From positions 1,770,001 through 1,802,000 of the forward strand of contig NC_006138.1 in assembly GCF_000025945.1 (NCBI RefSeq): a DNA stretch of 32,000 nucleotides, in the 5' to 3' direction. Positions 9,101-16,611 of this stretch are shown here, one piece after another. The stretch's first letter is position 1; each line of letters starts with the position of its first letter. The notes under the pieces are model-generated. The model was not told where the DNA came from, ran no database searches, and worked only from the letters and a program-made list of their open reading frames with translations. A program made the translations under genes and the position numbers. The DNA comes from Desulfotalea psychrophila LSv54 (GTDB lineage Bacteria; Desulfobacterota; Desulfobulbia; Desulfobulbales; Desulfocapsaceae).

Positions 9101-9804
9101 ATTCCATCGATCTCTACGATTCGGCCACTGTGTCCCTGCGGGTGGAGAGTACCAAGTATGAACTGGTGGGGGCGGAGCTCACCTTTGCCGAAGGTTTTGA
9201 TCCCAACGCCTATACCCTGCCCATTGTGGTCAATAATCGAATTGAGGATATGGCCCTGGTCAGTGATGCCGATATTACCGGCCGGGTCACCCTGGCCAAT
9301 GGTCTCTCCCATGCCTATCCGCAGGAAAATACTTTCGTTTCATCGGCCCTGATCTTTGGTGATCTGCAGGCGAGGCTCCATGGCCTCTTTGATCAGAAGA
9401 CCTGGACCAATGTCTGGAGCGATAGTCTCATTGGTGATGGCTGTATTGCCTCCTATAACGAGATTAACTTTCCAGCAGTGGTCACTAATGCCGGGGCCGT
9501 GGCTGAACGTTGGGCTCTGATTTTTGATAGCTCGGAGCATTTTAAAATAGTGGGCGAGAATTACGGAGTGGTGGGGGATGGCTACATCACCAAGGACTGT
9601 AATCCGGTAAACCCTGCCACCAATAAACCCTACTTTTTCTTTGACTATCGAGGGTTCGGGCAAGGTTGGGTGGCGGGTAATGTCCTTCGTTTTACTACCG
9701 AGGGAGCAAGTCCTCCCATCTGGGCCGTTCGTACCACCCTGCAGGGGCCTGCCACCGAACCAAACGATCAATTTACAATTCAAATACGAGGAGATGCAGA
9801 GTAA
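6193..9804 (+). CDS. large phage tail/tip protein with internal repeats
   Basis: 1203 aa ORF within the tail module; at least six repeats of a 'PGS(V/I/L)xx ... D.G.G ... G(T/x)I(D/N)Y.TG' domain. Confidence 0.7.
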   Translation: MAIQLENIKLMASQRLTDHDDGGGHMSGAEIVDGNVNNLYPDISRMDRVYGRVSLRKSFAFIDTNDTSVYSGAHAVVSVPAEDPNVSVCLFETGNPTDQRAAARDFIESYVTLGPRMSAWLWGDQPAGSRTIVLFASVKADLPDVGSVLSLFNNKDKSDEQQQYMRITNVKAEIRSFTIMVGDKEVTFERKIITLGIGNPLAHTFIGVEIHNNDAESTNVYTTMVSDAAKYYGVMLPKAPFAKGDISLPVKSIFTHLVPSAQGESPMVDLSPGEAGPVFGSGTGFSLSLPSQHFASGVQINVGRAIKPGTLTISRPSAVPALLEDNGDGIIMAGSQQWGTIDYGLGTVTFAGVSNHRASATLACVIGVAVPMLPNSAMVKVELASRGYNWTMILEPPPLPGTLKVDYRAQGKWFRLTDKGKGELVPETAGAGTGQINYTTGSVSLTCGALPDVGSAILYLWGNPIECIDIAGSTTVEIPELKHTLKKKPVKPGSLNLDWNTGIDPTDGATLIAKITDDGNGNLVGDGAGWIRYSTGELGWRATKLPADGENYEITYKQYPIREGSVSPTGSGLVSLTLPDGDIEPGSVAFAVPVTLGSFIHVYRVVDDGNGHLSAPGFSKKQSVSHATWPGSCSIGGFSGTINYLTGAVTLDLTTISGSETWKEPWYKKWTYTNSYFDLQYLLRYKDPQTVPVSWTGSSSLVTYSYRLTAASSSAGTETLPVPNYIIQLLPAAGYAIQPGSVAFRWQGALYIDRKGKLYRNPSTVTGVGALAGTIDYSTGSCACTVSGNGSPEVVIESLVACIGKQQSLSISFRTPGAPLRPGSINLVGSAVDGSPISLIADFDGRIGGAGGEGLVNYEQGIVTINFGEQVADSPAFAGQAWYDPADVKEGKVFKPMGAMAETINYGCVVYSYIPLDAELIGLDPVRLPTDGRVPIVRRGDVVVVHNAATETLTTSIAAGSSVTLAREPDSIDLYDSATVSLRVESTKYELVGAELTFAEGFDPNAYTLPIVVNNRIEDMALVSDADITGRVTLANGLSHAYPQENTFVSSALIFGDLQARLHGLFDQKTWTNVWSDSLIGDGCIASYNEINFPAVVTNAGAVAERWALIFDSSEHFKIVGENYGVVGDGYITKDCNPVNPATNKPYFFFDYRGFGQGWVAGNVLRFTTEGASPPIWAVRTTLQGPATEPNDQFTIQIRGDAE

Positions 9805-10775
9805 TGGGCGCACCAACAGTTTATAGATGGGATGATCCTAATGCACCGGTTTTGTGTGGTTTCCCGAATACTATATGTGATGTAATAAAAGCATGCTTGG
9901 TGGACGGTTATGGGACCGGTGATGATAGAAAAGAGAGCCCAGGTGGTTGGACAGTTTCACACGAACAGCTTTTGGCAGAAAATGGCTCTGAACACCCTGT
10001 TTCTCTCGCGCTCAATGCTGCCTCAACTAAAGGTAAAAGTTTTACGGTAAAGGTTGAGACTGAGGTTGGTCGAGGCGGTACAGGTAGTAAGCTCTACGCT
10101 TATATACAGGCAGGTTTGGTTGTATCTCCTACCAATGAATTGCTTGATAAATTTCCATCGAGCGCTGGGCGCATAGATGTGTCTTCTCGTAATGATAGTA
10201 CGCAACGTCCTTGGCTCCTTATCGCTGATGCCCACGCCTTCTACTTCTATGTTTGGACTAACTCTTCAAGTGGTGGGGTGCCAGCAGGCACAGCAACGTT
10301 TTATGGTTTTTTTGTTGGCCAACTCGTAGGCTGTTTTGATTCAGACCTGTTTGATATAGGTGTTGCCTTTACTCGACTATCAACCTCTTTTACATCTTCG
10401 CTAGGATTAGCCTATAAGAATAGTCACATAACTATGGCAAATAATAGAGAAGGCACAGGAGCAGCCACTAATAATATCCTTAGGATATCTGGTGGGCCTG
10501 CAGCACATGTAGGTGGTGGTTATTTAGGGCAGGGAGGGGCATCTCTTATTGATGGCGAAATGGCCTATATTAGTTCATTTTATTCTCAGGGAGTGGGTAG
10601 TGTGGTGCGTGCATTTATGCCTGGACTTTATGTTCCTGGACACCGAAATAATAAATCAAATCTTGGGCAGTTTACATTTGATGGCCTTCCTTATCTAGCC
10701 GTGAGCGGTTCTTCTTATTCTGGCTCTTATTGGTCAGCCGTATATATAGCATTGTCTGATTGGAGAACACCATGA
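9804..10775 (+). CDS. phage tail fibre/tip-like protein, unknown function
   Basis: 323 aa Gly/Ser/Tyr-rich ORF overlapping the upstream gene stop (TAATG); between tail genes. Confidence 0.5.
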   Translation: MGAPTVYRWDDPNAPVLCGFPNTICDVIKACLVDGYGTGDDRKESPGGWTVSHEQLLAENGSEHPVSLALNAASTKGKSFTVKVETEVGRGGTGSKLYAYIQAGLVVSPTNELLDKFPSSAGRIDVSSRNDSTQRPWLLIADAHAFYFYVWTNSSSGGVPAGTATFYGFFVGQLVGCFDSDLFDIGVAFTRLSTSFTSSLGLAYKNSHITMANNREGTGAATNNILRISGGPAAHVGGGYLGQGGASLIDGEMAYISSFYSQGVGSVVRAFMPGLYVPGHRNNKSNLGQFTFDGLPYLAVSGSSYSGSYWSAVYIALSDWRTP

Positions 10776-11098
10776 TATCTAAGTGGTTTTTACGAATTCA
10801 AAATACAACGCCAATCTCTCGCCGACATAAACTTGCAGGCGTAGTAACAGTTGAAGGTGTGCCAGCCAGTCGGTTGGTGGTTGTATTTGACAGAGGGACG
10901 CTTACTAGGGTTAGTTCCGTTCAGTCGTCAAGAATTGATGGAAAGTGGGAGATATCTGGGCTGAAAGAATATCCTGAAAAATCTTTGATAGTCATCGCCA
11001 TAGATCCAACAGGAGGAACCCATAACGCTAAAATTGCTGATTTTGTCTCCCAGATAGGGCCACCGGCCCCTCCCGTTGAAGAGACGGTAACCGAGTAA
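10772..11098 (+). CDS. small phage protein with carboxypeptidase-regulatory-like/Ig-like beta domain
   Basis: Start reassigned from TTG 10760 to ATG 10772 (GGAG upstream, ATGA overlap). 'HKLAGVVTVEGVPASRLVVVFDRGTLTRVSSVQSSRIDGKWEISGL' resembles such folds. Confidence 0.5.
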   Translation: MISKWFLRIQNTTPISRRHKLAGVVTVEGVPASRLVVVFDRGTLTRVSSVQSSRIDGKWEISGLKEYPEKSLIVIAIDPTGGTHNAKIADFVSQIGPPAPPVEETVTE

Positions 11099-12990
11099 TG
11101 GCGATCGATTTTGATCTTATAGCGGGCTATGAGCCGCCAGCAGGGGATGAAATATCCTTTGCCTTTCCCTATGCGCCTCCGCTTGGAGATCATATCAACT
11201 TTGATCTTGAGGCAGGATACACGCCACCTGCAGGAGATAAGATCTATTTCGGTGGCGAGCCTACGGAACCGCCAGAGCCACAACCTGAGCCCATCCCCCT
11301 CAAACCCTATATGGGTAAGAACATTCCCTGGGGTGCTGGCCTCGCAAGGGATAGAAGATCCGGGGCTGGGTGGAGCAATCAGCGACGCTTCCTAAGCCGT
11401 TCCTTTGGGCTGGTTGCAGGCAAGAGCAGAGGGCAGGATATGGTTCAAGCTCTGCCCTGGGGCACAACCATTACTCGGGACAGATTGAAGGAGACCGGTT
11501 GGCAGATTCTCAGAGAGGTTTGCTGTGGGACAAGCTCCTTCTATATAGCTCTCTTTGGCAAAGATACCTGTCGATCGATGCCCTGGGATAGTTTGAAGCC
11601 CTTGAAGGTCATCTCTGCCTTGGCCTATCTGGCGCCACCGCCACAGGATCTCCGCTGTTCTTTGCTCTTTGCCGATGGCTTTACCAGGTTGGATGATGCC
11701 TTTGCTCTGCCCTATATTCCCATTCTGCCCGTAAAGGATGCATCTCATAGAACTCTGTGGGGCGATGCCTATTATGCCGCCGTCTGTGTCCAGGAGTATG
11801 AGCCACCTGCAAGTGACAGTATCTCCTTTGATTTGGACGAACCGATCTCTTTGGTGGGCGATGGAGATCACATCGATTTTGTTTTTGACAGCAATAGCTA
11901 TGACGAACGCTGTTCACAACGTGAGCCGTCCGGCTGGCGGGATGCCAATACCTTTGTCCCACCACCAACTCTGCCCACCGGCCTATCTCTGAGGACCTAT
12001 ATTATGATGAGTTCCGCCCAGCTCAATAGAAAACCGGATGATCTACCCATCCCGGTGAAGTCTCTTTCCCTCTCTCTCGACTGGGATTCGGTGCATTGGT
12101 CGCTTTCGGCCACCGTAATCGGTGGTGATGTCCGGACTCTCTCGCCCACCAAGGATGGTCCCATTGAGGTGGAGGCCATGATCAATGGCACAACCTGGGC
12201 CTGCGTGGTGGATGATTGGAGCCGTGATCAAAGTTTTGGTGCGGAGGGTCGTTCCATCCGGGGCAGATCTCGTTCGGCTATTTTGGGTACGCCCTGGGCA
12301 CCGCGTAAAACCGAGGTGGAGGATGGTGCCAGAACCGCCCTGCAGTTGATGGAGGCAGAGCTTGAAAACAGTGGATGGACCATCTCCAGTACCCTGGTGG
12401 ATTGGTTACTTCCCGCTGATACTCTGCAAAAGAGTGGGGCCACTGCCCTTGATACCATCAAACGAATTGCCACGGCTGCAGGTGGCTTTGTTCGTCCTGA
12501 TACCAAGAATAAAATTCTGCATATTCAGCCAAAGTATAAGGTCGCGCCCTGGAAGGCCAAGCGAAGTGATGCCGATATGGTTCTGCCTGCCTCCATGGTG
12601 GTGCGGGGCAATGCCGCATGGGATGGCCGAGAGGATGCGGACGCTGTCCATATAGTGGGTGGTATCTCTGTTGCAGCCACCCGTGCCGGCACAGCCGGTG
12701 GAACGATTGCCCCCGATGTGACTGAACCACTGATCACCGAGGTGGACGCGGCTCGTGCCAGGGCAATCCATGAGCTGGGCAGATGTGGGCGATGGCAGAA
12801 GCATAGTTTCAGCCTACCCGTTTTTGAGGATGCTGTGCCGGGGCTGATCCTGCCCGGTCAGATCATTGCCGTTGATGATGATACCACCTGGTTGGGCTTT
12901 ATCTCTTCGGTATCGATCAAGGCCGACTGGGGAAGTGCTGGGCTTGTGGTGCGTCAGGAGATAGCCGTTGAAGTTTACGTGGGGGATTAA
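11098..12990 (+). CDS. phage tail protein with PPAGD-type repeats
   Basis: 630 aa; repeats 'GYEPPAGDEISFAF / YAPPLGDHINFDLEAG / YTPPAGDKIYFGG' and 'EYEPPASDSISFDLD' found in phage tail proteins; TAATG coupling. Confidence 0.65.
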   Translation: MAIDFDLIAGYEPPAGDEISFAFPYAPPLGDHINFDLEAGYTPPAGDKIYFGGEPTEPPEPQPEPIPLKPYMGKNIPWGAGLARDRRSGAGWSNQRRFLSRSFGLVAGKSRGQDMVQALPWGTTITRDRLKETGWQILREVCCGTSSFYIALFGKDTCRSMPWDSLKPLKVISALAYLAPPPQDLRCSLLFADGFTRLDDAFALPYIPILPVKDASHRTLWGDAYYAAVCVQEYEPPASDSISFDLDEPISLVGDGDHIDFVFDSNSYDERCSQREPSGWRDANTFVPPPTLPTGLSLRTYIMMSSAQLNRKPDDLPIPVKSLSLSLDWDSVHWSLSATVIGGDVRTLSPTKDGPIEVEAMINGTTWACVVDDWSRDQSFGAEGRSIRGRSRSAILGTPWAPRKTEVEDGARTALQLMEAELENSGWTISSTLVDWLLPADTLQKSGATALDTIKRIATAAGGFVRPDTKNKILHIQPKYKVAPWKAKRSDADMVLPASMVVRGNAAWDGREDADAVHIVGGISVAATRAGTAGGTIAPDVTEPLITEVDAARARAIHELGRCGRWQKHSFSLPVFEDAVPGLILPGQIIAVDDDTTWLGFISSVSIKADWGSAGLVVRQEIAVEVYVGD

Positions 12991-13096
12991 GTTTTATTTG
13001 ATGACTTAAGGACATTGTTTGAAGGATGGGGGCATCGCTCCAGCGATGTCATTGCTATGGAGTTGTATTAGCGTTGTTATGCGGGTGTGCGGAAAT

Positions 13097-13324
13097 ATGG
13101 CAACAAATTTATGGGAACAGTTCAAGGGCATCCTGCCCGATACCCCTCGGATCTATTGCACCATCGACCAACCTCTGACGGGTGGCAGGTGCCGGGTAAC
13201 CACAACGGGTGGTGGCTCCATGGTGGTACTGGGAGCAGGGCAGGCAGGGGCAAAGGTATGGGTGCAGGATGGCCGGATCATCGGCGAAGCACCCATGCTT
13301 CAACATTATGATATCGAGGTATAG
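13097..13324 (+). CDS. small phage structural protein, unknown function
   Basis: In-frame ATG at 13097 gives MATNLWEQFKGILPDTPRIYCTIDQPLTGGRCRV...; the longer 13019 start adds non-typical sequence. Confidence 0.4.
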   Translation: MATNLWEQFKGILPDTPRIYCTIDQPLTGGRCRVTTTGGGSMVVLGAGQAGAKVWVQDGRIIGEAPMLQHYDIEV

Positions 13325-13333
13325 GAGGAAGCT

Positions 13334-13672
13334 GTGAGAGATGAACGATTGCAAAAGATGGTTTTGATAAGTTTGGTCTGCCTGTTATTGGTGGCTTTGG
13401 TTGCGCCCTATCAGTTGCCACTTGTAGGCTATAAGCTTGGTCTGGTCTGTCTGGGAGCCTGTACCTTTTTCTGGTTGGATCGGATTGCCTTTCCCTATTC
13501 CCGCCCTGGTTCCTATCTGCTCAAACCATGGCAGGAGGTGGGAGATTTTATTGAAGGTCAGGCTGATTATAAAATCGCCTATGGTTATGAAATGGTCTTT
13601 GCCCTGGTCTGCTGCAGGCGGGCTTTTATGATGAGTATTGGGGGATCTCTGGGCCTTGCCCTGGGACTGTAG
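13334..13672 (+). CDS. putative holin
   Basis: 112 aa membrane protein with hydrophobic segments and 'RIAFPYSRPGSYL' motif; GTG start with GGAGGA upstream; next to the lytic enzyme and spanins. Confidence 0.6.
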   Translation: MRDERLQKMVLISLVCLLLVALVAPYQLPLVGYKLGLVCLGACTFFWLDRIAFPYSRPGSYLLKPWQEVGDFIEGQADYKIAYGYEMVFALVCCRRAFMMSIGGSLGLALGL

Positions 13673-13675
13673 GTT

Positions 13676-14302
13676 ATGAGAGGTTTTATCGTTCTGGTCA
13701 CAGCTTTTCTTGTCTTTTTTTATCCTTTTTCGGGTGTGGTTTTGGCCTCAGTAAAACAACCACCACAGAAGGCAAGGCACTATAAGCGTATCTATATAAG
13801 GACAGCTCATGCCTATTGGGGCTTAGATGCCCCTGTTGCAGATCTTGCCGGGCAGATCCACGCAGAATCGCGTTGGCAGAGTGACGCTACATCATGGGCA
13901 GGTGCCGAAGGTCTAAGCCAGTTTATGCCAGCCACGGCAACCTGGTGGGCTAAGAAGGCCAAGCTTTCGGCTCCTGCACCCACCAAACCCCTATGGGCCA
14001 TGCGTGCCCAGGTCTCCTATATGAAATGGCTCTTTGTCCGTGCTCAAGCTGATACGCCATTCAATAAATTGGGTCTTGCCCAAAAGGCATATAACGGCGG
14101 GGAGACCTGGGTGAGACGTGATCAGAAGCTTGCCCTGGGAAAAGGTCTTGATCCGAAGAGTTGGCGGGATGTTAACCTGGTAAACGCCGGTCGTAGTGCC
14201 AGTGCATGGCGAGAGAACAGAGAATACCCGGAGCGGATCTTCTATAAATTTTCACCTCTCTATAAAAAAGATGGGTGGGGGAGGAGCTTATGTGGTCCAT
14301 AG
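13676..14302 (+). CDS. phage lytic transglycosylase (SLT-like) with N-terminal signal sequence
   Basis: 'IAGQIHAESRWQSDATSWAGAEGLSQFMPATATWW' and 'GLAQKAYNGG' motifs; hydrophobic N-terminus MRGFIVLVTAFLVFFYPFSGVVLASVKQ. Confidence 0.8.
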   Translation: MRGFIVLVTAFLVFFYPFSGVVLASVKQPPQKARHYKRIYIRTAHAYWGLDAPVADLAGQIHAESRWQSDATSWAGAEGLSQFMPATATWWAKKAKLSAPAPTKPLWAMRAQVSYMKWLFVRAQADTPFNKLGLAQKAYNGGETWVRRDQKLALGKGLDPKSWRDVNLVNAGRSASAWRENREYPERIFYKFSPLYKKDGWGRSLCGP

Positions 14303-14721
14303 CATGGTCGTTTATCAGCAGTTTTTTTGCCTCGAAGAAGATGCTTTTGGTGGTGGTGGGGGTGTTACTCTGTGGTGCTTTTGTCCTCGTTTGGCATGAC
14401 TACCAGGGGGCCAAGGAGGATGTTGTTCACTATCGGGATCTCTATCAGAGGGTTTTGCAGGAGAAGGAGTCCCTTTTGGCCATTAGTAAGAAAAATCTGG
14501 CGCAACTGGGACAGCAGAAAAAATATTATGAGACTGAACTCAGGGCATCTGTACAAAGATCAGAGCAACGCCTGCAGGGTTTACAGGATCTTACCCGACA
14601 ACTAAGAAGCCTACAAAAGATACGGAGGCCAGAACGTGAAAAAGATTGCCCTATTCATCCTGCTATTGTCTACACTTTTGACCTCCTGCGCGGGGAGACC
14701 AGGAGTAGTACAGCAAATTAA
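14290..14721 (+). CDS. Rz-like inner-membrane spanin subunit
   Basis: ATG 14290 with GGAGGAG upstream; N-terminal TM (MLLVVVGVLLCGAFVLVW) followed by a coiled-coil-like periplasmic region; overlaps a lipoprotein ORF. Confidence 0.7.
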   Translation: MWSIAWSFISSFFASKKMLLVVVGVLLCGAFVLVWHDYQGAKEDVVHYRDLYQRVLQEKESLLAISKKNLAQLGQQKKYYETELRASVQRSEQRLQGLQDLTRQLRSLQKIRRPEREKDCPIHPAIVYTFDLLRGETRSSTAN

Positions 14722-14902
14722 GGTAGAGAAAATAGCTCCGCCGGCCACCATGCTCTACTGTCTCGATGAACCTGTTCTGCCCGAGACGCTTACCGGTGCC
14801 AATGTAGGTGGCTATATTCTTGAGCTCTCTGCTGCCTACCGTGATTGCAAAAGAACCCTGGCTGAAGTTCAACAGTGGGCGGTGGAGGGCGAAGCACCAT
14901 GA
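14636..14902 (+). CDS. Rz1-like outer-membrane spanin lipoprotein
   Basis: GTG start with upstream GGAGG; signal plus lipobox 'LLSTLLTSCAG'; starts out of frame inside the Rz-like gene. Confidence 0.75.
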   Translation: MKKIALFILLLSTLLTSCAGRPGVVQQIKVEKIAPPATMLYCLDEPVLPETLTGANVGGYILELSAAYRDCKRTLAEVQQWAVEGEAP

Positions 14903-15216
14903 TTGAGCTTGAATATGCTGCCCTAATCAACGCCGTGGTGGCTCTTTGCAGTGGCATGGCCCTGCTGGCTATCTGGCTCGTTGGTGCTACGATCTGGGTA
15001 ACTAGGATAAATATCCGGGTCAACGCCATGGGCGAACGCCAGCCGGTGGAGAAGATAGAGTGCGCCAAACAACAGGTCGATTGCCAGGCCCATATCGATA
15101 AAGAGCTCAGTCATGGTTCCAAACAGTTTGAAGAGATAAAGACCTCAATCAAAGACCTCGACACCAAACTTGAAATCCGCCACAACCTAATGATGGATCA
15201 TCTGCTAAAGGGCTAA
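14899..15216 (+). CDS. small phage membrane protein, unknown function
   Basis: In-frame ATG at 14899 overlaps the Rz1 TGA (ATGA); one TM then a charged helical tail. Confidence 0.55.
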   Translation: MIELEYAALINAVVALCSGMALLAIWLVGATIWVTRINIRVNAMGERQPVEKIECAKQQVDCQAHIDKELSHGSKQFEEIKTSIKDLDTKLEIRHNLMMDHLLKG

Positions 15217-15224
15217 TTATGAGG

Positions 15225-15845
15225 TTATAGGTCAAGGTTTTTAAAGCGGTAGGTCATCGATTGGATAGAGACATCAAAGATAGTTGCAAGCTTTTCTATT
15301 AAGCAACTATTTGTAATTGTGTCTTCCTCATCCCTGATGCGTTCGGCTTGTTTTTGTACAAGACTTCTTGGCATAAGAAGAATTGCCGCAAATTTGTTGG
15401 CCTCGAATTCTAAGGTGTTCCCGTATGATTTGCTTCTGCTTATGCTTTTTCCGGTGTCGACAAAAATTTTCTGATCCGGGCTAGGGAGGATATGTTTAAT
15501 GTAGTGTCCGATTTCGTGTGCTAGAGTGAAACGCTCTCTTGTTTTGTAAGTATGTTCGAGAGGATTGAGCCAGATGAGTGGTTGGCGGTTTTTGTAGGAA
15601 ATACACCCAACATCATAGAGGCTTATATTTTCATCTTCGCAAAAATCAGGATCTAGTGAGCGTGAAATTTTTATGCCAAGTATTGAGGCAATTTTTTCGA
15701 CGTCTATGGGGATAACGCGAGGAAGGTCATGTTCTTTAGAAAGAATGTTGAGGAGCTCTATCGGGCTTACGTCGGAGATTTTGTCTGTGAGATCTTCTAG
15801 AGATGCAGTCATTGTCTTAAACCTTTTTGGAAATAGTCCAGTCAT
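15225..15845 (-). CDS. ImmA/IrrE-family metallo-endopeptidase
   Basis: 'RERFTLAHEIGHYIKH' HExxH zinc motif and 'EFEANKFAAILLMP', hallmark of ImmA/IrrE. Alternative start at 15812. Confidence 0.85.
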   Translation of the reverse strand: MTGLFPKRFKTMTASLEDLTDKISDVSPIELLNILSKEHDLPRVIPIDVEKIASILGIKISRSLDPDFCEDENISLYDVGCISYKNRQPLIWLNPLEHTYKTRERFTLAHEIGHYIKHILPSPDQKIFVDTGKSISRSKSYGNTLEFEANKFAAILLMPRSLVQKQAERIRDEEDTITNSCLIEKLATIFDVSIQSMTYRFKNLDL

Positions 15846-16575
15846 ATTCAGGTTCTATCGAATCTTCTTCCGAAGGATTTTCGCATTTTAGCCTTGAGTC
15901 GACAGTCTCTTGTATCAGTATAGATACTAGCTCATCTTCTAGTAAAGCACTAATGAATACTGTTAAAGAGTCTCTGTCTTTTTTTATTTCATCCGGCAAA
16001 TTTTTGATTAAAGTTTCTATTTCTTCTTTTTTAGTAGTGGCAAACCATTTAGATAAATATATTCCCAGACCTGAAAGCAAGATAGTTATGATAATAAAAA
16101 TGAAGCTTACATATACTATATAAGTGTTAGCTGTGGCCAATACTGCGTCAGCTGTAGGAGGCTTGGCGGAGTGGATATAGACAATTTTGTTAAAGCAAGA
16201 GATAAGGAAACTGCCCAGTATCGCACCAAGTAGTCCGGTTACATAGACGCTCACCCAATATTCTTTTGTCTTTCTGAATTTTGAGATTGAAAGTTGGAGG
16301 TTGGTGAGAAGTTTAAAAAAATAACAAGTGCAAGCTAGAGTCACGATAATTTTAATAAAATCAAAAAAACTTATTTGCTTAAATTCAACTACCACGCTAG
16401 CAATAACGTTTGTTACGCTTGTGGCTAATGTTGCAGAAGTGCTTGTGTTGTAGAGCGTCCAATCAATAAATGCAAGGTTGAGCGCGCACATGCCAAGGAT
16501 GAGAAACGGTGATAGGATTTTTATTTTTTCAGCCATACATGACCCAGAGTTTATTTTTAGTAAAAAATGATGCAA
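15817..16575 (-). CDS. four-TM membrane protein with cytoplasmic acidic C-terminus, unknown function
   Basis: 252 aa with four hydrophobic stretches; co-oriented between integrase and the ImmA-like gene. Alternative start at 16536. Confidence 0.65.
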   Translation of the reverse strand: MHHFLLKINSGSCMAEKIKILSPFLILGMCALNLAFIDWTLYNTSTSATLATSVTNVIASVVVEFKQISFFDFIKIIVTLACTCYFFKLLTNLQLSISKFRKTKEYWVSVYVTGLLGAILGSFLISCFNKIVYIHSAKPPTADAVLATANTYIVYVSFIFIIITILLSGLGIYLSKWFATTKKEEIETLIKNLPDEIKKDRDSLTVFISALLEDELVSILIQETVDSRLKCENPSEEDSIEPEYDWTISKKV

Positions 16576-16611
16576 GCCTTATACATACCTTACATATCTT
16601 TGTCAGCTTTT

